Made by a program: the position numbers and the translations under genes | The notes under the pieces: model-generated | What the model saw: only the letters and a program-made list of their open reading frames with translations | Told to the model about the DNA's origin: nothing | Databases searched by the model: none | Source: Bacteroidota bacterium | GTDB taxonomy: Bacteria > Bacteroidota > Ignavibacteria > Kapaibacteriales > UBA2268 | Direction of reading: 5' to 3' | Assembly (NCBI GenBank): GCA_004322215.1 | Contig: SCSM01000039.1 | Coordinates: 96,744 to 160,743, forward strand | DNA: 64,000 bases | Part shown: in pieces, positions 18,414 through 28,011 of the stretch | How positions within the stretch are numbered: position 1 is the first letter of the stretch | Layout: every line of letters starts with the position of its first letter

Positions 18414-19355
18414 ATGAGAATTGTTGCGAAAACCAAACAAAGTGAAATAGCATCTGTATATATTGCTGAACTAAAACCTGATACATTAATAGAATTTACC
18501 GAATCTGTATATCCTAACATCCCAAGAATTAAAAAATGGATTATAACTGTATCTACTTTAGACGGATGCCCTGTAGCTTGTAAATTTTGCGATGCCGGCT
18601 TTTATTATAAAGGAAAATTGTCAAAAGATGACATACTTTCTCAAATATTATATCTGGTTGACACATTTTATTCAAACAGAAATGTTCCAGTCGAAAAATT
18701 CAAAATTCAGTTTGCCAGGATGGGAGAACCGACTTTAAATTACAATGTTATAAATGTTTTAAAGGATTTGCCAACTCTTATTAATGCACCCGGATTAATG
18801 CCATCTTTATCAACTGTTGCACCTAAAGGTTGTGAACGATTCCTAGATGAGTTGATTGAAATTAAAAATAATTATTACAAATCGAGTTTTCAGCTTCAGT
18901 TTTCAATTCATTCAACTAACCAGGAACAAAGGAATAATATAATCCCTATACAAAAATGGGATTTTGATAAAATCGTTTCTTACTCAGAAAATTTTTTCCA
19001 GAAAGGTGCGAGAAAAATTTCATTAAATTTTGCTTTAGATAAATATTCAGAATTAAATGTTGATGTTCTTTCCCAATATTTTAGTCCTGATATTTTCCTG
19101 ATTAAATTCACTCCTATTAATCCTACTTTTTCTGCTGAAATAAACAAATTATCCTCTTTATTTACCTTAGACAATTCAAATAAGGAATTAATAAAAAAAA
19201 TTGAGGATGCAGGTTATGAAGTTATTCTTAGCTTTGGTGAGCAGATGGAAAACCGGATTGGCAGTAATTGTGGCCAGCATATATTGAATTTCCTGAAATC
19301 CGGTGAAAATTTGAAGGATTCATATACTTTTGATTTAATTAGATATGAAACCTAA
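18414..19355 (+). CDS. Radical SAM domain protein
   Basis: CxxxCxxC cluster motif (DGCPVACKFCDAG) near residue 52. 313 aa. No further family assignment possible by eye. Confidence 0.6.
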   Translation: MRIVAKTKQSEIASVYIAELKPDTLIEFTESVYPNIPRIKKWIITVSTLDGCPVACKFCDAGFYYKGKLSKDDILSQILYLVDTFYSNRNVPVEKFKIQFARMGEPTLNYNVINVLKDLPTLINAPGLMPSLSTVAPKGCERFLDELIEIKNNYYKSSFQLQFSIHSTNQEQRNNIIPIQKWDFDKIVSYSENFFQKGARKISLNFALDKYSELNVDVLSQYFSPDIFLIKFTPINPTFSAEINKLSSLFTLDNSNKELIKKIEDAGYEVILSFGEQMENRIGSNCGQHILNFLKSGENLKDSYTFDLIRYET

Positions 19356-20229
19356 AATAGCTGTCATAGGAGCAGGCCCGGCAGGGGTTGCCTGCTCAGT
19401 ACAACTTGCGAGATTCGGTTATAAGCCGGTTCTATTTGAAAAAGATGAAATAGGAGGTTTAATGAGAAATGCAAATTGTATTAATAATTATCCCGGATTC
19501 CCGGATGGCATCTCAGGTTTGAATTTTTCAAAACTGCTTCATAGACATCTAATAAATTATGACATAAGAATTATTAAAAAAGAAATTCACAGTATATCAT
19601 TCGTCAACAATCTTTTTTGTATTCAATTGAAAAAAATTGTACTGAATTTCAATTACCTTATTATTTCAACAGGGACAAAACCAATAAAACCGGATGGATT
19701 CTCAAGGGAGAAAATGGAGCTGTTCAGTTATGACATTGTTAAGCATTTAAATGAGAAAAACAAAACTTTTGTAATCGTTGGTGCAGGAGATGCTGCATTC
19801 GATTATGCTTTAACATTATCTACTACAAACGAAGTGACAATTTTGAATCGTAGTAAGAAAATAAACTCAATTAATGAACTTAAGAAGAAGGTAATTAATA
19901 ATAAGAAAATCAAATATCTTGATAATACATCTATTATTGATATTACAGGAGATGAATCATCAATTATTATAAATGCGATTAAAAATGGAAGAGAAAAGTT
20001 AGAAATTATATGTAACAATTTAATTTATGCAATCGGGAGAGAACCAAATCTTGACTTCTTAGACAAATCAATCAAATCAAAAATGGATAAACTTAAACAA
20101 AGTAGAAGATTATTTATCATAGGTGATGCATCCGGGGACAAATTCAGACAAATTTCTATAAGCTCCGGTTCTGCTATAAAATCTGCTATGGAACTTCATT
20201 CTTATTTATTAAATTCACAAGCTGAATAA
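19345..20229 (+). CDS. FAD/NAD(P)-binding oxidoreductase (thioredoxin-reductase-like fold, no CxxC redox pair)
   Basis: Two Rossmann motifs (IAVIGAGPAGVACS and FVIVGAGDAAFDYAL). Overlaps the radical SAM gene by 11 nt. Confidence 0.6.
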   Translation: MKPKIAVIGAGPAGVACSVQLARFGYKPVLFEKDEIGGLMRNANCINNYPGFPDGISGLNFSKLLHRHLINYDIRIIKKEIHSISFVNNLFCIQLKKIVLNFNYLIISTGTKPIKPDGFSREKMELFSYDIVKHLNEKNKTFVIVGAGDAAFDYALTLSTTNEVTILNRSKKINSINELKKKVINNKKIKYLDNTSIIDITGDESSIIINAIKNGREKLEIICNNLIYAIGREPNLDFLDKSIKSKMDKLKQSRRLFIIGDASGDKFRQISISSGSAIKSAMELHSYLLNSQAE

Positions 20230-20301
20230 TAGTAATTATTTTCAACTAACTTTATTATCTGAAAAAAAAGAAGTTCTCAATAAACAATCGAAAGGGGAAA
20301 T

Positions 20302-21165
20302 ATGAAATATTTCATTTTTACAATTCTTATATTATTTAACTACTGTGTTTACGCACAAACAGAAACAACTACTGCACCAACTGATACTACGGTTAAAAGC
20401 AATTGGACACCTGTCGGCACAGTCGGACTTAATGCCAGCCAGATTGCTTTCAGCGATTGGTCACAGGGAGGAGATAATTCGGTTGCATGGTCTTTTTTGG
20501 GGAATTTCGGATTTAAATATGAATCAAATCCTTGGCTCTTATCAAATTCTCTTAAACTTGCTTATGGAATGACAAAACTTGGTCAAACTGATTTCAGGAG
20601 TACTGATAATGAAATTTATCTTGAAACAGTTCTCTCCCATAAAATAGGATGGGTTGTTGACCCTTATATAAGCAATACAATCAGAACCGTAATAACTGAC
20701 GGTTATGATTATAAAGTTACTCCCGAAGTTCAGACTGCTGCATTTTTTGACCCGGGTTATGTCACTCAGAGCTTGGGTTTTACTTTTAATAAGGAAAAAT
20801 TCCTTTCAACACGGCTTGGTGTAGCTTTTCAGGAAGTTTTCACAAACAAGATGACGCAATATACTGATGATGCTGATACTCCGAATGAAATAGAATCATT
20901 CAAATTTGAAACCGGTATTGAATCTGTTTCCGAATCGGAATATTCAATTGAAGATAATGTCCTTTATCAGGGTAAACTAAGACTGTTTACACGTTTCAAG
21001 CATCTCGACACCTGGGATGTAAGATGGGATAATATTATTACAGCAAAAGTCAGCAAGTATTTCAATGTCAATCTCATGGTTCAGGTTGTATACGAGAAAC
21101 AGCAGTCATTGAGAACCCAGGTAAAAGAGGCATTGCAATTAGGTGTAACATTCAGTATTTTCTAA
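20302..21165 (+). CDS. Putative outer-membrane beta-barrel protein (DUF3078-like)
   Basis: Signal peptide. Alternating beta-strand pattern. C-terminal aromatic residue (…GVTFSIF). Confidence 0.4.
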   Translation: MKYFIFTILILFNYCVYAQTETTTAPTDTTVKSNWTPVGTVGLNASQIAFSDWSQGGDNSVAWSFLGNFGFKYESNPWLLSNSLKLAYGMTKLGQTDFRSTDNEIYLETVLSHKIGWVVDPYISNTIRTVITDGYDYKVTPEVQTAAFFDPGYVTQSLGFTFNKEKFLSTRLGVAFQEVFTNKMTQYTDDADTPNEIESFKFETGIESVSESEYSIEDNVLYQGKLRLFTRFKHLDTWDVRWDNIITAKVSKYFNVNLMVQVVYEKQQSLRTQVKEALQLGVTFSIF

Positions 21166-21186
21166 AAACTTAAAGGAGTAAACAAA

Positions 21187-21588
21187 ATGGGATTAATTAA
21201 AGAATTCAAAGAATTTGCTATGCGGGGCAATGTGCTCGACCTCGCAATCGGTGTGATTATTGGAGCTGCATTCGGAAAAATAGTAACTTCACTTGTTAAT
21301 GATGTGCTAATGCCGCCTATCGGTTTGTTAATCGGTAATCTCGACTTCAGCAGTTTTGTGATTACATTGAAAGAAGCAGTTGACAAAACTCCTGCAATCA
21401 CTCTTAAGTACGGGATTTTCATAAATCATATTATTGATTTCACTATCGTAGCGTTTACGATTTTCATATTAATCAAAGGAGTTAATAAATTCAAGAGAAA
21501 AGCAGAAGAAAAGCCAGCAGTTCCTACAGAACCGACAAAAGAGGAAATCCTTTTGACAGAGATAAGAGATATATTAAAAACGAAATAA
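21187..21588 (+). CDS. mscL: Large-conductance mechanosensitive channel MscL
   Basis: Very strong N-terminal match ([47 protein letters not shown]). Confidence 0.9.
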   Translation: MGLIKEFKEFAMRGNVLDLAIGVIIGAAFGKIVTSLVNDVLMPPIGLLIGNLDFSSFVITLKEAVDKTPAITLKYGIFINHIIDFTIVAFTIFILIKGVNKFKRKAEEKPAVPTEPTKEEILLTEIRDILKTK

Positions 21589-21728
21589 TTTTAAATTTTA
21601 ATTCTAAATTTTGAATTAATACTTTAAATTGTTAATGATTATTTTTCAAAGATTTTACTAAAATAATTTATTCCTAAATTGTGTTTGTTTATGCAAAATA
21701 TTAATTTGCATTATGTTTAATCAAAGGT

Positions 21729-22055
21729 TTGACTATGCAATACATTAAATTAAATGAAGTGGATGAAAAAGAATTAATTCCGGGTTATCATGTCAAGTTT
21801 GTCAACTCCGATTCAATGACATTCGCTCATTGGCGGATTGAGCAATCGGCTGAATTCCCGGAACATTCCCATCCGAACGAACAGGTAATAAACATGCTCG
21901 AGGGGGATTTCATAATAAGAATCGGGAATGAAGAATATAAGTTAAGCAAGGACGATGTTTTCATTATTCCTGCAGGTATTCCTCATTCAGGAAAGGCAAT
22001 TACCGAATGTAGAACTATTGATGTATTCTATCCGAAAAGGGCAGAGTATCAATGA
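21729..22055 (+). CDS. Cupin-2 domain protein
   Basis: Cupin His motifs (HSHPNEQV...G and IPAGIPHSG). 108 aa. Confidence 0.6.
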   Translation: MTMQYIKLNEVDEKELIPGYHVKFVNSDSMTFAHWRIEQSAEFPEHSHPNEQVINMLEGDFIIRIGNEEYKLSKDDVFIIPAGIPHSGKAITECRTIDVFYPKRAEYQ

Positions 22056-22642
22056 AAAAAATCAATTTGATTTTGTTTATTTTATTTTTTGGATGTTTCT
22101 TTAATAGTTTATTTGCTATTGATGTTTCTCTTGACTCGTTAATTTCGGATATCAAATCAGCACTCAATAATGAATTTAATATTGAGCAATCCGGTTCTGG
22201 AAATGTAGATATGCTAAAATATTCTGCCGCAGTTTTCAGGAATAATAAATCGCTTTCATCGAGTGAAGAATATTGTTACAGGAGCAAGAAATTCGGTTAT
22301 GCAGCAGGAGCAGGTAAATATTATAGGAGGATTGGCTTTGGGATTTATAATTTTAAAGATTCGAATGACTTAAAGAAAATTATGTTTTCATTTTTGGAAG
22401 GACATGAGGTAAATCCGCAGAAATTCTATAAGGAAGGTAAACAACCCGCACTATCTCCTCCGTTTTTAATATTGATAAAAGACAATATATTGCTGTTTTT
22501 TTATGCAAAATGCGAAGATATACCAAAAAAGAAAGATTGGGATAAATTTACTGAGCCATTTATCCTGATGGCCGGTAACCGATTAACTCATACAGAGGTA
22601 ATGCGATGCTATTGCGGAGGACCTGTTTATATAATCAGGTAA
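22052..22642 (+). CDS. Hypothetical secreted protein
   Basis: Signal peptide (MKKINLILFILFFGCFFNSLFA). ATGA overlap with the cupin gene. Confidence 0.4.
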   Translation: MKKINLILFILFFGCFFNSLFAIDVSLDSLISDIKSALNNEFNIEQSGSGNVDMLKYSAAVFRNNKSLSSSEEYCYRSKKFGYAAGAGKYYRRIGFGIYNFKDSNDLKKIMFSFLEGHEVNPQKFYKEGKQPALSPPFLILIKDNILLFFYAKCEDIPKKKDWDKFTEPFILMAGNRLTHTEVMRCYCGGPVYIIR

Positions 22643-22729
22643 AATATGCACTTTTTCAAAATAATTTTGATAATTTCCTCATTTACGCTTAATTTTGTAA
22701 TCTTATTAAAACTGAAAGGAATATAAAAG

Positions 22730-22909
22730 ATGGCAAAAAAAGAAGCGCGCCAGATAGTAATACTTGAGTGTACGGAAGCCAAAAAGGAAGGCAAGCCGGC
22801 TTCGCGATATTCAACTACAAAGAATAAGCATAACACACCCGACCGGCTCGAGATGATGAAATACAATCTATTCCTGCGCCGCCACACACTGCATAAAGAA
22901 GTAAAATAA
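22730..22909 (+). CDS. rpmG: 50S ribosomal protein L33 (59 aa; below the ORF-track length cutoff)
   Basis: Hand translation gives [59 protein letters not shown], which carries the L33 core motif (TTKNKxNTPxRLE…KY…R.HT.HKE.K). Good ribosome-binding site (AAAGGAA). A terminator follows. Confidence 0.8.
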   Translation: MAKKEARQIVILECTEAKKEGKPASRYSTTKNKHNTPDRLEMMKYNLFLRRHTLHKEVK

Positions 22910-22934
22910 AGCGATTAATATTATTTTTATAAAA

Positions 22935-22968
22935 AGGACTGAAACGATTAATTTCAGTCCTTTTTTTA
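22935..22968 (+). terminator. Rho-independent terminator downstream of rpmG
   Basis: AGGACTGAAA / TTTCAGTCCT 10-bp stem followed by a run of 7 T. Confidence 0.75.
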
Positions 22969-23062
22969 TTCAATGGAACTATTAATTATTTGCTTAAGTA
23001 TATTGCATTTAATTCGGGATTTGCATAATTTAAAAAAAAAACACATTCAAGGAGAACCAAAT

Positions 23063-24337
23063 ATGAAACAGCATTTTATTTTACTCGCTTTATTGTTATC
23101 AATAATTCAAATCCAAGCTCAGCCGGTACCACAAAATGATACAGATACTTTGTGGATGAGAAGAACACACGATAGTTATACTCTAAATTTTTCACCAGAT
23201 TCAAAATATCTGATGAGTTGGGGTGATTCTCCAACAATAAAAATATTTGAGACAGAAACGGGAAATATTGTTAATACGATTCCGGCAATGAGGAACCCTG
23301 TTTTTGATTTGGATAACAAACATGTTTATGGTAATAATAACAATTTTATTAGCAAATATGATTTAGACACGAAAAGTATAACCTCTTCATTGGATAAAGA
23401 AAGCACAGATGAATATGGTTTTAATGATTTGTCAGGTGATGGAAAATATTTTGTGGCAACATATCAAAAAGGTTTCAAAATATGGGAAACAAATACTGGT
23501 AAACTAATTAAAACAAAAATTTTTGAGAATGAATCCAATTTACAAGATATTAGTTTTATTCACATTAGGTTTAATTGCGATAATAGTAAAATAATATGTG
23601 CGATTAAAAAAGAATATACAAATCCTAATGGACCTGATCCAATTATTTGGGGTGGATTTATTGAATTTGATATTAATACTCTTGATAGTATTAGAGATTT
23701 AGGAAATGCTAATGATTGGGTATTATCGCCAAATTGTAATTATATAGCATACAAATATTTTTTAAAGGATAATGGAGTTCGAGTATTCAATCTTAATTCA
23801 ATGGAATTATACCGAATAATAAATACAAATGGGCCAAGTATAACAGGAATGGTTTTTACATCTGATGAAAAATATTTAATAATATCACATGACGGAGGGG
23901 GTGATAGAATTGAGGTATGGGATTTAGAAAATAATTCTATTGTTTACACTTATAGTACTGGCGGCCCAATAAGTGCTTTAGGTCTTTCAAAGGATGACAG
24001 ATATTTGGCAGCTAGTACTTATGAGAGACTATATATGTATAAAACATTTTATAATTCCGTTAATGAAAATAAAAATTTTATTAATAATATTAATTCATAT
24101 CCTAATCCCACAAATTCAAATATTATTTTAGAATTTAGCGTTATAAAATCCGGTAATATCAACATTGAATTTGTCAATGAAATTGGACAACCATTGAATC
24201 CAATTAAAAATGAATTTTATATTGAAGGTGATTATTCATTAAATATTGATACGCAAAATATAATATCAGGATTTTATTTTATAAAATTCAAACAAAATAA
24301 TAATACTCAATTATTTAAAATACAAATTGTCAAATAA
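23063..24337 (+). CDS. WD40-like beta-propeller repeat protein with T9SS C-terminal sorting domain
   Basis: The track ORF starts at 22973, but the likely true start is MKQHFILLALLLSIIQIQAQ (signal peptide). WD40-like repeats. C-terminal T9SS domain (SYPNPTNSNIILEF...GFYFIKF...KIQIVK). Confidence 0.6.
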   Translation: MKQHFILLALLLSIIQIQAQPVPQNDTDTLWMRRTHDSYTLNFSPDSKYLMSWGDSPTIKIFETETGNIVNTIPAMRNPVFDLDNKHVYGNNNNFISKYDLDTKSITSSLDKESTDEYGFNDLSGDGKYFVATYQKGFKIWETNTGKLIKTKIFENESNLQDISFIHIRFNCDNSKIICAIKKEYTNPNGPDPIIWGGFIEFDINTLDSIRDLGNANDWVLSPNCNYIAYKYFLKDNGVRVFNLNSMELYRIINTNGPSITGMVFTSDEKYLIISHDGGGDRIEVWDLENNSIVYTYSTGGPISALGLSKDDRYLAASTYERLYMYKTFYNSVNENKNFINNINSYPNPTNSNIILEFSVIKSGNINIEFVNEIGQPLNPIKNEFYIEGDYSLNIDTQNIISGFYFIKFKQNNNTQLFKIQIVK

Positions 24338-24575
24338 TGAAAGAGAATAAAAATGAAAATAATAATTTTAATTCTGATTGTCATTGGCGGCAATTTATTC
24401 GCACAAGATATAATTGAACCACCTAAACTTCAGGATTATACTGATACTACAATTTTTGACTGAGATTTCGGACAAAACCATTTTATTAAAGAATGGAACT
24501 GGGGGGCATGTCGCGAAAGATTTAGATGAAGTTTTGAATATGAATTATAACCAATACAAATTTAAAATAACTAAA

Positions 24576-24603
24576 AGGGGTTTTGCCTGCAAGCAAAGCC
24601 CCT
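24576..24603 (-). terminator. Rho-independent terminator after the 95-aa minus-strand ORF
   Basis: 11-bp stem (AAGGGGTTTTGC / GCAAAGCCCCT) with a 6-nt loop, followed on the minus strand by a T-rich tract. Confidence 0.5.
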
Positions 24604-24638
24604 CAATAACTAATTCATATCAAAACAATAATTGGGAA

Positions 24639-24926
24639 TTATGAATGTGTTACAAGCAATTCCTTTTTTGGCGTCAAAATCGAGAGAAAGCTGTCTAAAA
24701 ATTTATAATCCAGCACTTCCTTGTTCTCTTTTTCGTTTATCTTCACCGTTTCTTTCTTGCCGTAGCTAACCGTAAAGCTCTCACTCGAAATTGGTGCTAA
24801 CCAGGAAATTTCTTGGCTGTTTTTATTTTCTTCCTCTTGCTCCGGCTCTTTTCTTTTAATTTTGCTGAATGCAAAGGAAGCGTATTCAAACTCGTTTATG
24901 TATGTGTAATCATCAAATATTTTCAT
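24639..24926 (-). CDS. Hypothetical protein (95 aa)
   Basis: ORF bracketed by a downstream terminator and an upstream structured inverted repeat. No recognisable domain. Confidence 0.3.
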   Translation of the reverse strand: MKIFDDYTYINEFEYASFAFSKIKRKEPEQEEENKNSQEISWLAPISSESFTVSYGKKETVKINEKENKEVLDYKFLDSFLSILTPKKELLVTHS

Positions 24927-25334
24927 TTTCTTACCTTTTTTTCCCTTTTTTAAAATAAATGCCTGGAATTTGGGGTTAGGTTATTTATATGATCTGTTAA
25001 TCAAGGGTTTTTGAGGACAATCCCAGGCATCTAAATTTCAAAAGTACAATTCTATTATCAATCACAAAGAAAATTGTATAATTTTCTAAAACTAAATAAC
25101 GGATTATTTGAAAAAAAGATTATAGTTGTAAACGTGATTTTTTTGTAGAAAATACGTGAAACTTTTTGTAGGATATTTTGCTCTGACAATGTAGCAATTA
25201 CTACTACAATTTATTATTTTTCAGTTATTTATGTATTCTTTTCCGATAATAAAAATATTCTAATTTTCTTATGATTAGGTGTAAAAATCGAGATATTTTA
25301 ATAATATCAATTTCAAATAATAATCCTAATAAAA

Positions 25335-27962
25335 TCAATAGATTAAAATTTTACCGGTCTTGTAATAACTATTTATGTTTATAAAATAAAAATATACACC
25401 GATTTCTAATTTTGAGCAATCTATAATAGTTATATTATTCCTTAGGTTTTTAGTCAATACTTTCCTTCCTGTCATGTCGTACATTACGAATTGAAAAATT
25501 AAATTATGAACTCCCGCATTGACGATAATTTTTTTATTTCCGCAATAATTAAATGTGATTCCCTTTTCAAAATCCTGTTCTATACCATTGGGTTTGACGG
25601 TAGTAAATTTCCAGGTATCGGACCAAGCACTTGAATCATTGTTGCCGAATGCTTTTACATGCCAATAATAGGATGTATTAAAAGCTAAATCATTATAGTT
25701 TAATTTAGCGGAATCAATTCCATTAACATTTAAAATATTATTTAGGAAATCGGGATAAATCGATAATTCGACATTATAGCTTGATGCATTCTCAGCATGC
25801 TCCCAAATCAGATAGCCATTCAAGGGTACATTACCAGAATCATTTATTGGTGAAATTAAAACCGGCGATGCAAGCGTCCTTGTTACTTCAGTGGTTAATT
25901 TGAAGGGAACTGACCATTCACTTTCATTATCGAAATTCATAGCTTTAATCCGCCAGAAATAAATCCTGCTGTTTTCAAGAATGGCTTGATTAAAGATTGT
26001 GTCGGTTATACCTGTTTCATCAGTTATTAGTGAGTCGAAATCCGGTGTCTTCGAAATGTTTATTTTATAGTAGGTTGCTCCTTCGACAGAATTCCATATA
26101 AATATTCCTTTAACTGAAAAATCATTATTCTCATCTAATGGATATTTCAACTCAGGAGATTTTAATAAAGTTGTAAAAGACCATGAATCTGACCAATTGC
26201 TTTCATTCTCATCATATAATGATTTCATACGCCAGAAATAAGTCGTATTATTTTTCAGTTGCTGATATTTGAAGGTTGTATCTGATGTAATTAATGAATC
26301 GATTAGAACTTTAGAAAAATCAATATTATTTGATATTTGTAATCTATATGAAACTGCACTGTCAATATTTTTCCAAACAAAATTCGGCGAAACAGTTATT
26401 TTCTTTGAATTATTTACAGGGGAAATCAGTAAGGGTGATTCATAAATTTGGGGCTCAGCAAGTATAAATTCACCGAATGTGCTAATGGATGCTTCGAGTA
26501 AACCTTGCTGAGCATTATAAGTAGTAGGTAATTCCTTGAAGTTCCCCATTCCTTCCTGTTGGCGCCAATAAATTTTATTTTTTTCCGGTGATTTGAGTGA
26601 GTCAATGGCTGATAATCTGAAAATGATTTTTCCTGTGAAGCCGGTAATTCCTTTATTATTTAGAACCCATCTATTGCCGTAAGTAATTAACGGAGGTAGA
26701 TTTTCGTATGAAACATTATGCGGTGAATAGTAATGTCTCTCAGTAGAAACATAACCGGAACCGGTCAGGGACTGAATGTTTAATTCAACGGCTGTATTAT
26801 TATCAGAATCGTTGAAATTAAAGTTACCGGAATTTTGCATAAATAAAATTTTTGATGCCATGATTATAGGATAACGCATAGCCATATAGGATTCCAAGTT
26901 TCTCGCTTCGATAGCTCTTGTACCGTCGGCTCTTACTTCGACAAAAGTCATTTGCTGCAGATTAGTACCCCAGCCGATTAATGTATTTCCATTGGGAAGC
27001 CGCTCAACACTACCTTGAGACATTGTATAAACTGAGGGGAATGGGTTATATTCCCAAACTTTGCGAATTGTTTTATTTACTTCATCTATTTCGTATTCTA
27101 CAGCTCTCGATTGCTGAAGAGGATTCATGTTCCCATTGTCAAACAACAGAATATTGCCGTTTGGCAACCTATGAACAGAGTGCTGATGCGAAAATCCCCA
27201 AAACCCGTCAATTGTATCATTTAAAAATGTAAATTGATTATTCTTGCATTTTTTTCCTCCAAGACGCCAAATAATATTTCCCGATTGCTTTTCTATTTTT
27301 GTTATTTCATCCAGGTTTCTTTCAGATATAAGCAAATTACCGTCTGAATCCACCTCAAAACTATTTATGTGTACCCATGCAATATTTTGTTGGGTCAGAT
27401 CTATATCAGAAGTTGCATCGGTTACCTGTAAATGGTCTAATGCATGCCATTCCCAAACAACATTTTTATTTTCATCCTGTTCCTGTAATGCAAAGGATAT
27501 TAATACGGCATCAGGTTTTCCTCCCGGATAGATTGAACTCATATCAACAGTATCATATTCAATTCCAAGGAGTAAACCATGTCCATTATTCAAAAGTTTA
27601 AAGTCATGGAAATCGGTTTCAAGTCCGTTCTTACATGCGAAACTGTCAAGTAAATCGAGATTACGGTCAACAACATAAAATTTATTTCTGGCAAAATAGC
27701 TTAACTTCACGTTTTCTTGTTGACTAAAACATCTTGCATTGACATTTCTCTCAATTCTTTTTTTAAATGCAATTTTACCCGAATTGTCAATTAATGTGAG
27801 ATAACCCTGCTGGTAAGAATCTAATAACAAATAACCTGGTGCTGGATTATCTAATGTAATTACTGTTAAGTCAAACTGTGAATATGATGGTAAAGTACTT
27901 ATAATTAAAATCAAACAAAAAATAATTACTTTATAAATATCCGATAATTTCTTTATTTTCAA
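25335..27962 (-). CDS. Secreted arylsulfotransferase (ASST)-like beta-propeller protein with 3 Fn3-like repeats and T9SS C-terminal domain (paralog 1)
   Basis: Signal peptide. ~470-aa beta-propeller with NPAPGYLLLD, FWGFSHQHSVHRLPNGNILLFDNGN and LPNGNTLIGWG motifs. Three ~95-aa repeats ending YFWR(M/I)K...WS..W.FTT. C-terminal sorting domain (...KTGKILIY). Confidence 0.5.
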   Translation of the reverse strand: MKIKKLSDIYKVIIFCLILIISTLPSYSQFDLTVITLDNPAPGYLLLDSYQQGYLTLIDNSGKIAFKKRIERNVNARCFSQQENVKLSYFARNKFYVVDRNLDLLDSFACKNGLETDFHDFKLLNNGHGLLLGIEYDTVDMSSIYPGGKPDAVLISFALQEQDENKNVVWEWHALDHLQVTDATSDIDLTQQNIAWVHINSFEVDSDGNLLISERNLDEITKIEKQSGNIIWRLGGKKCKNNQFTFLNDTIDGFWGFSHQHSVHRLPNGNILLFDNGNMNPLQQSRAVEYEIDEVNKTIRKVWEYNPFPSVYTMSQGSVERLPNGNTLIGWGTNLQQMTFVEVRADGTRAIEARNLESYMAMRYPIIMASKILFMQNSGNFNFNDSDNNTAVELNIQSLTGSGYVSTERHYYSPHNVSYENLPPLITYGNRWVLNNKGITGFTGKIIFRLSAIDSLKSPEKNKIYWRQQEGMGNFKELPTTYNAQQGLLEASISTFGEFILAEPQIYESPLLISPVNNSKKITVSPNFVWKNIDSAVSYRLQISNNIDFSKVLIDSLITSDTTFKYQQLKNNTTYFWRMKSLYDENESNWSDSWSFTTLLKSPELKYPLDENNDFSVKGIFIWNSVEGATYYKINISKTPDFDSLITDETGITDTIFNQAILENSRIYFWRIKAMNFDNESEWSVPFKLTTEVTRTLASPVLISPINDSGNVPLNGYLIWEHAENASSYNVELSIYPDFLNNILNVNGIDSAKLNYNDLAFNTSYYWHVKAFGNNDSSAWSDTWKFTTVKPNGIEQDFEKGITFNYCGNKKIIVNAGVHNLIFQFVMYDMTGRKVLTKNLRNNITIIDCSKLEIGVYFYFININSYYKTGKILIY

Positions 27963-28011
27963 TTAATCCACTTATTTTTTAATTTTACAAAATTATTTTT
28001 AATTGATTACC

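Noticed and set aside
22627-22887. 86-aa minus-strand ORF from the track
   Set aside because: It is antisense to a clean rpmG (L33) gene that has an RBS and a terminator, and it has no motifs of its own.
24353-24463. 36-aa ORF with signal-peptide-like start (MKIIILILIVIGGNLFAQ...) and the track ORF 24414-24644 (+)
   Set aside because: Too short and without support. The 24414-24644 ORF overlaps a minus-strand terminator hairpin and is probably spurious.
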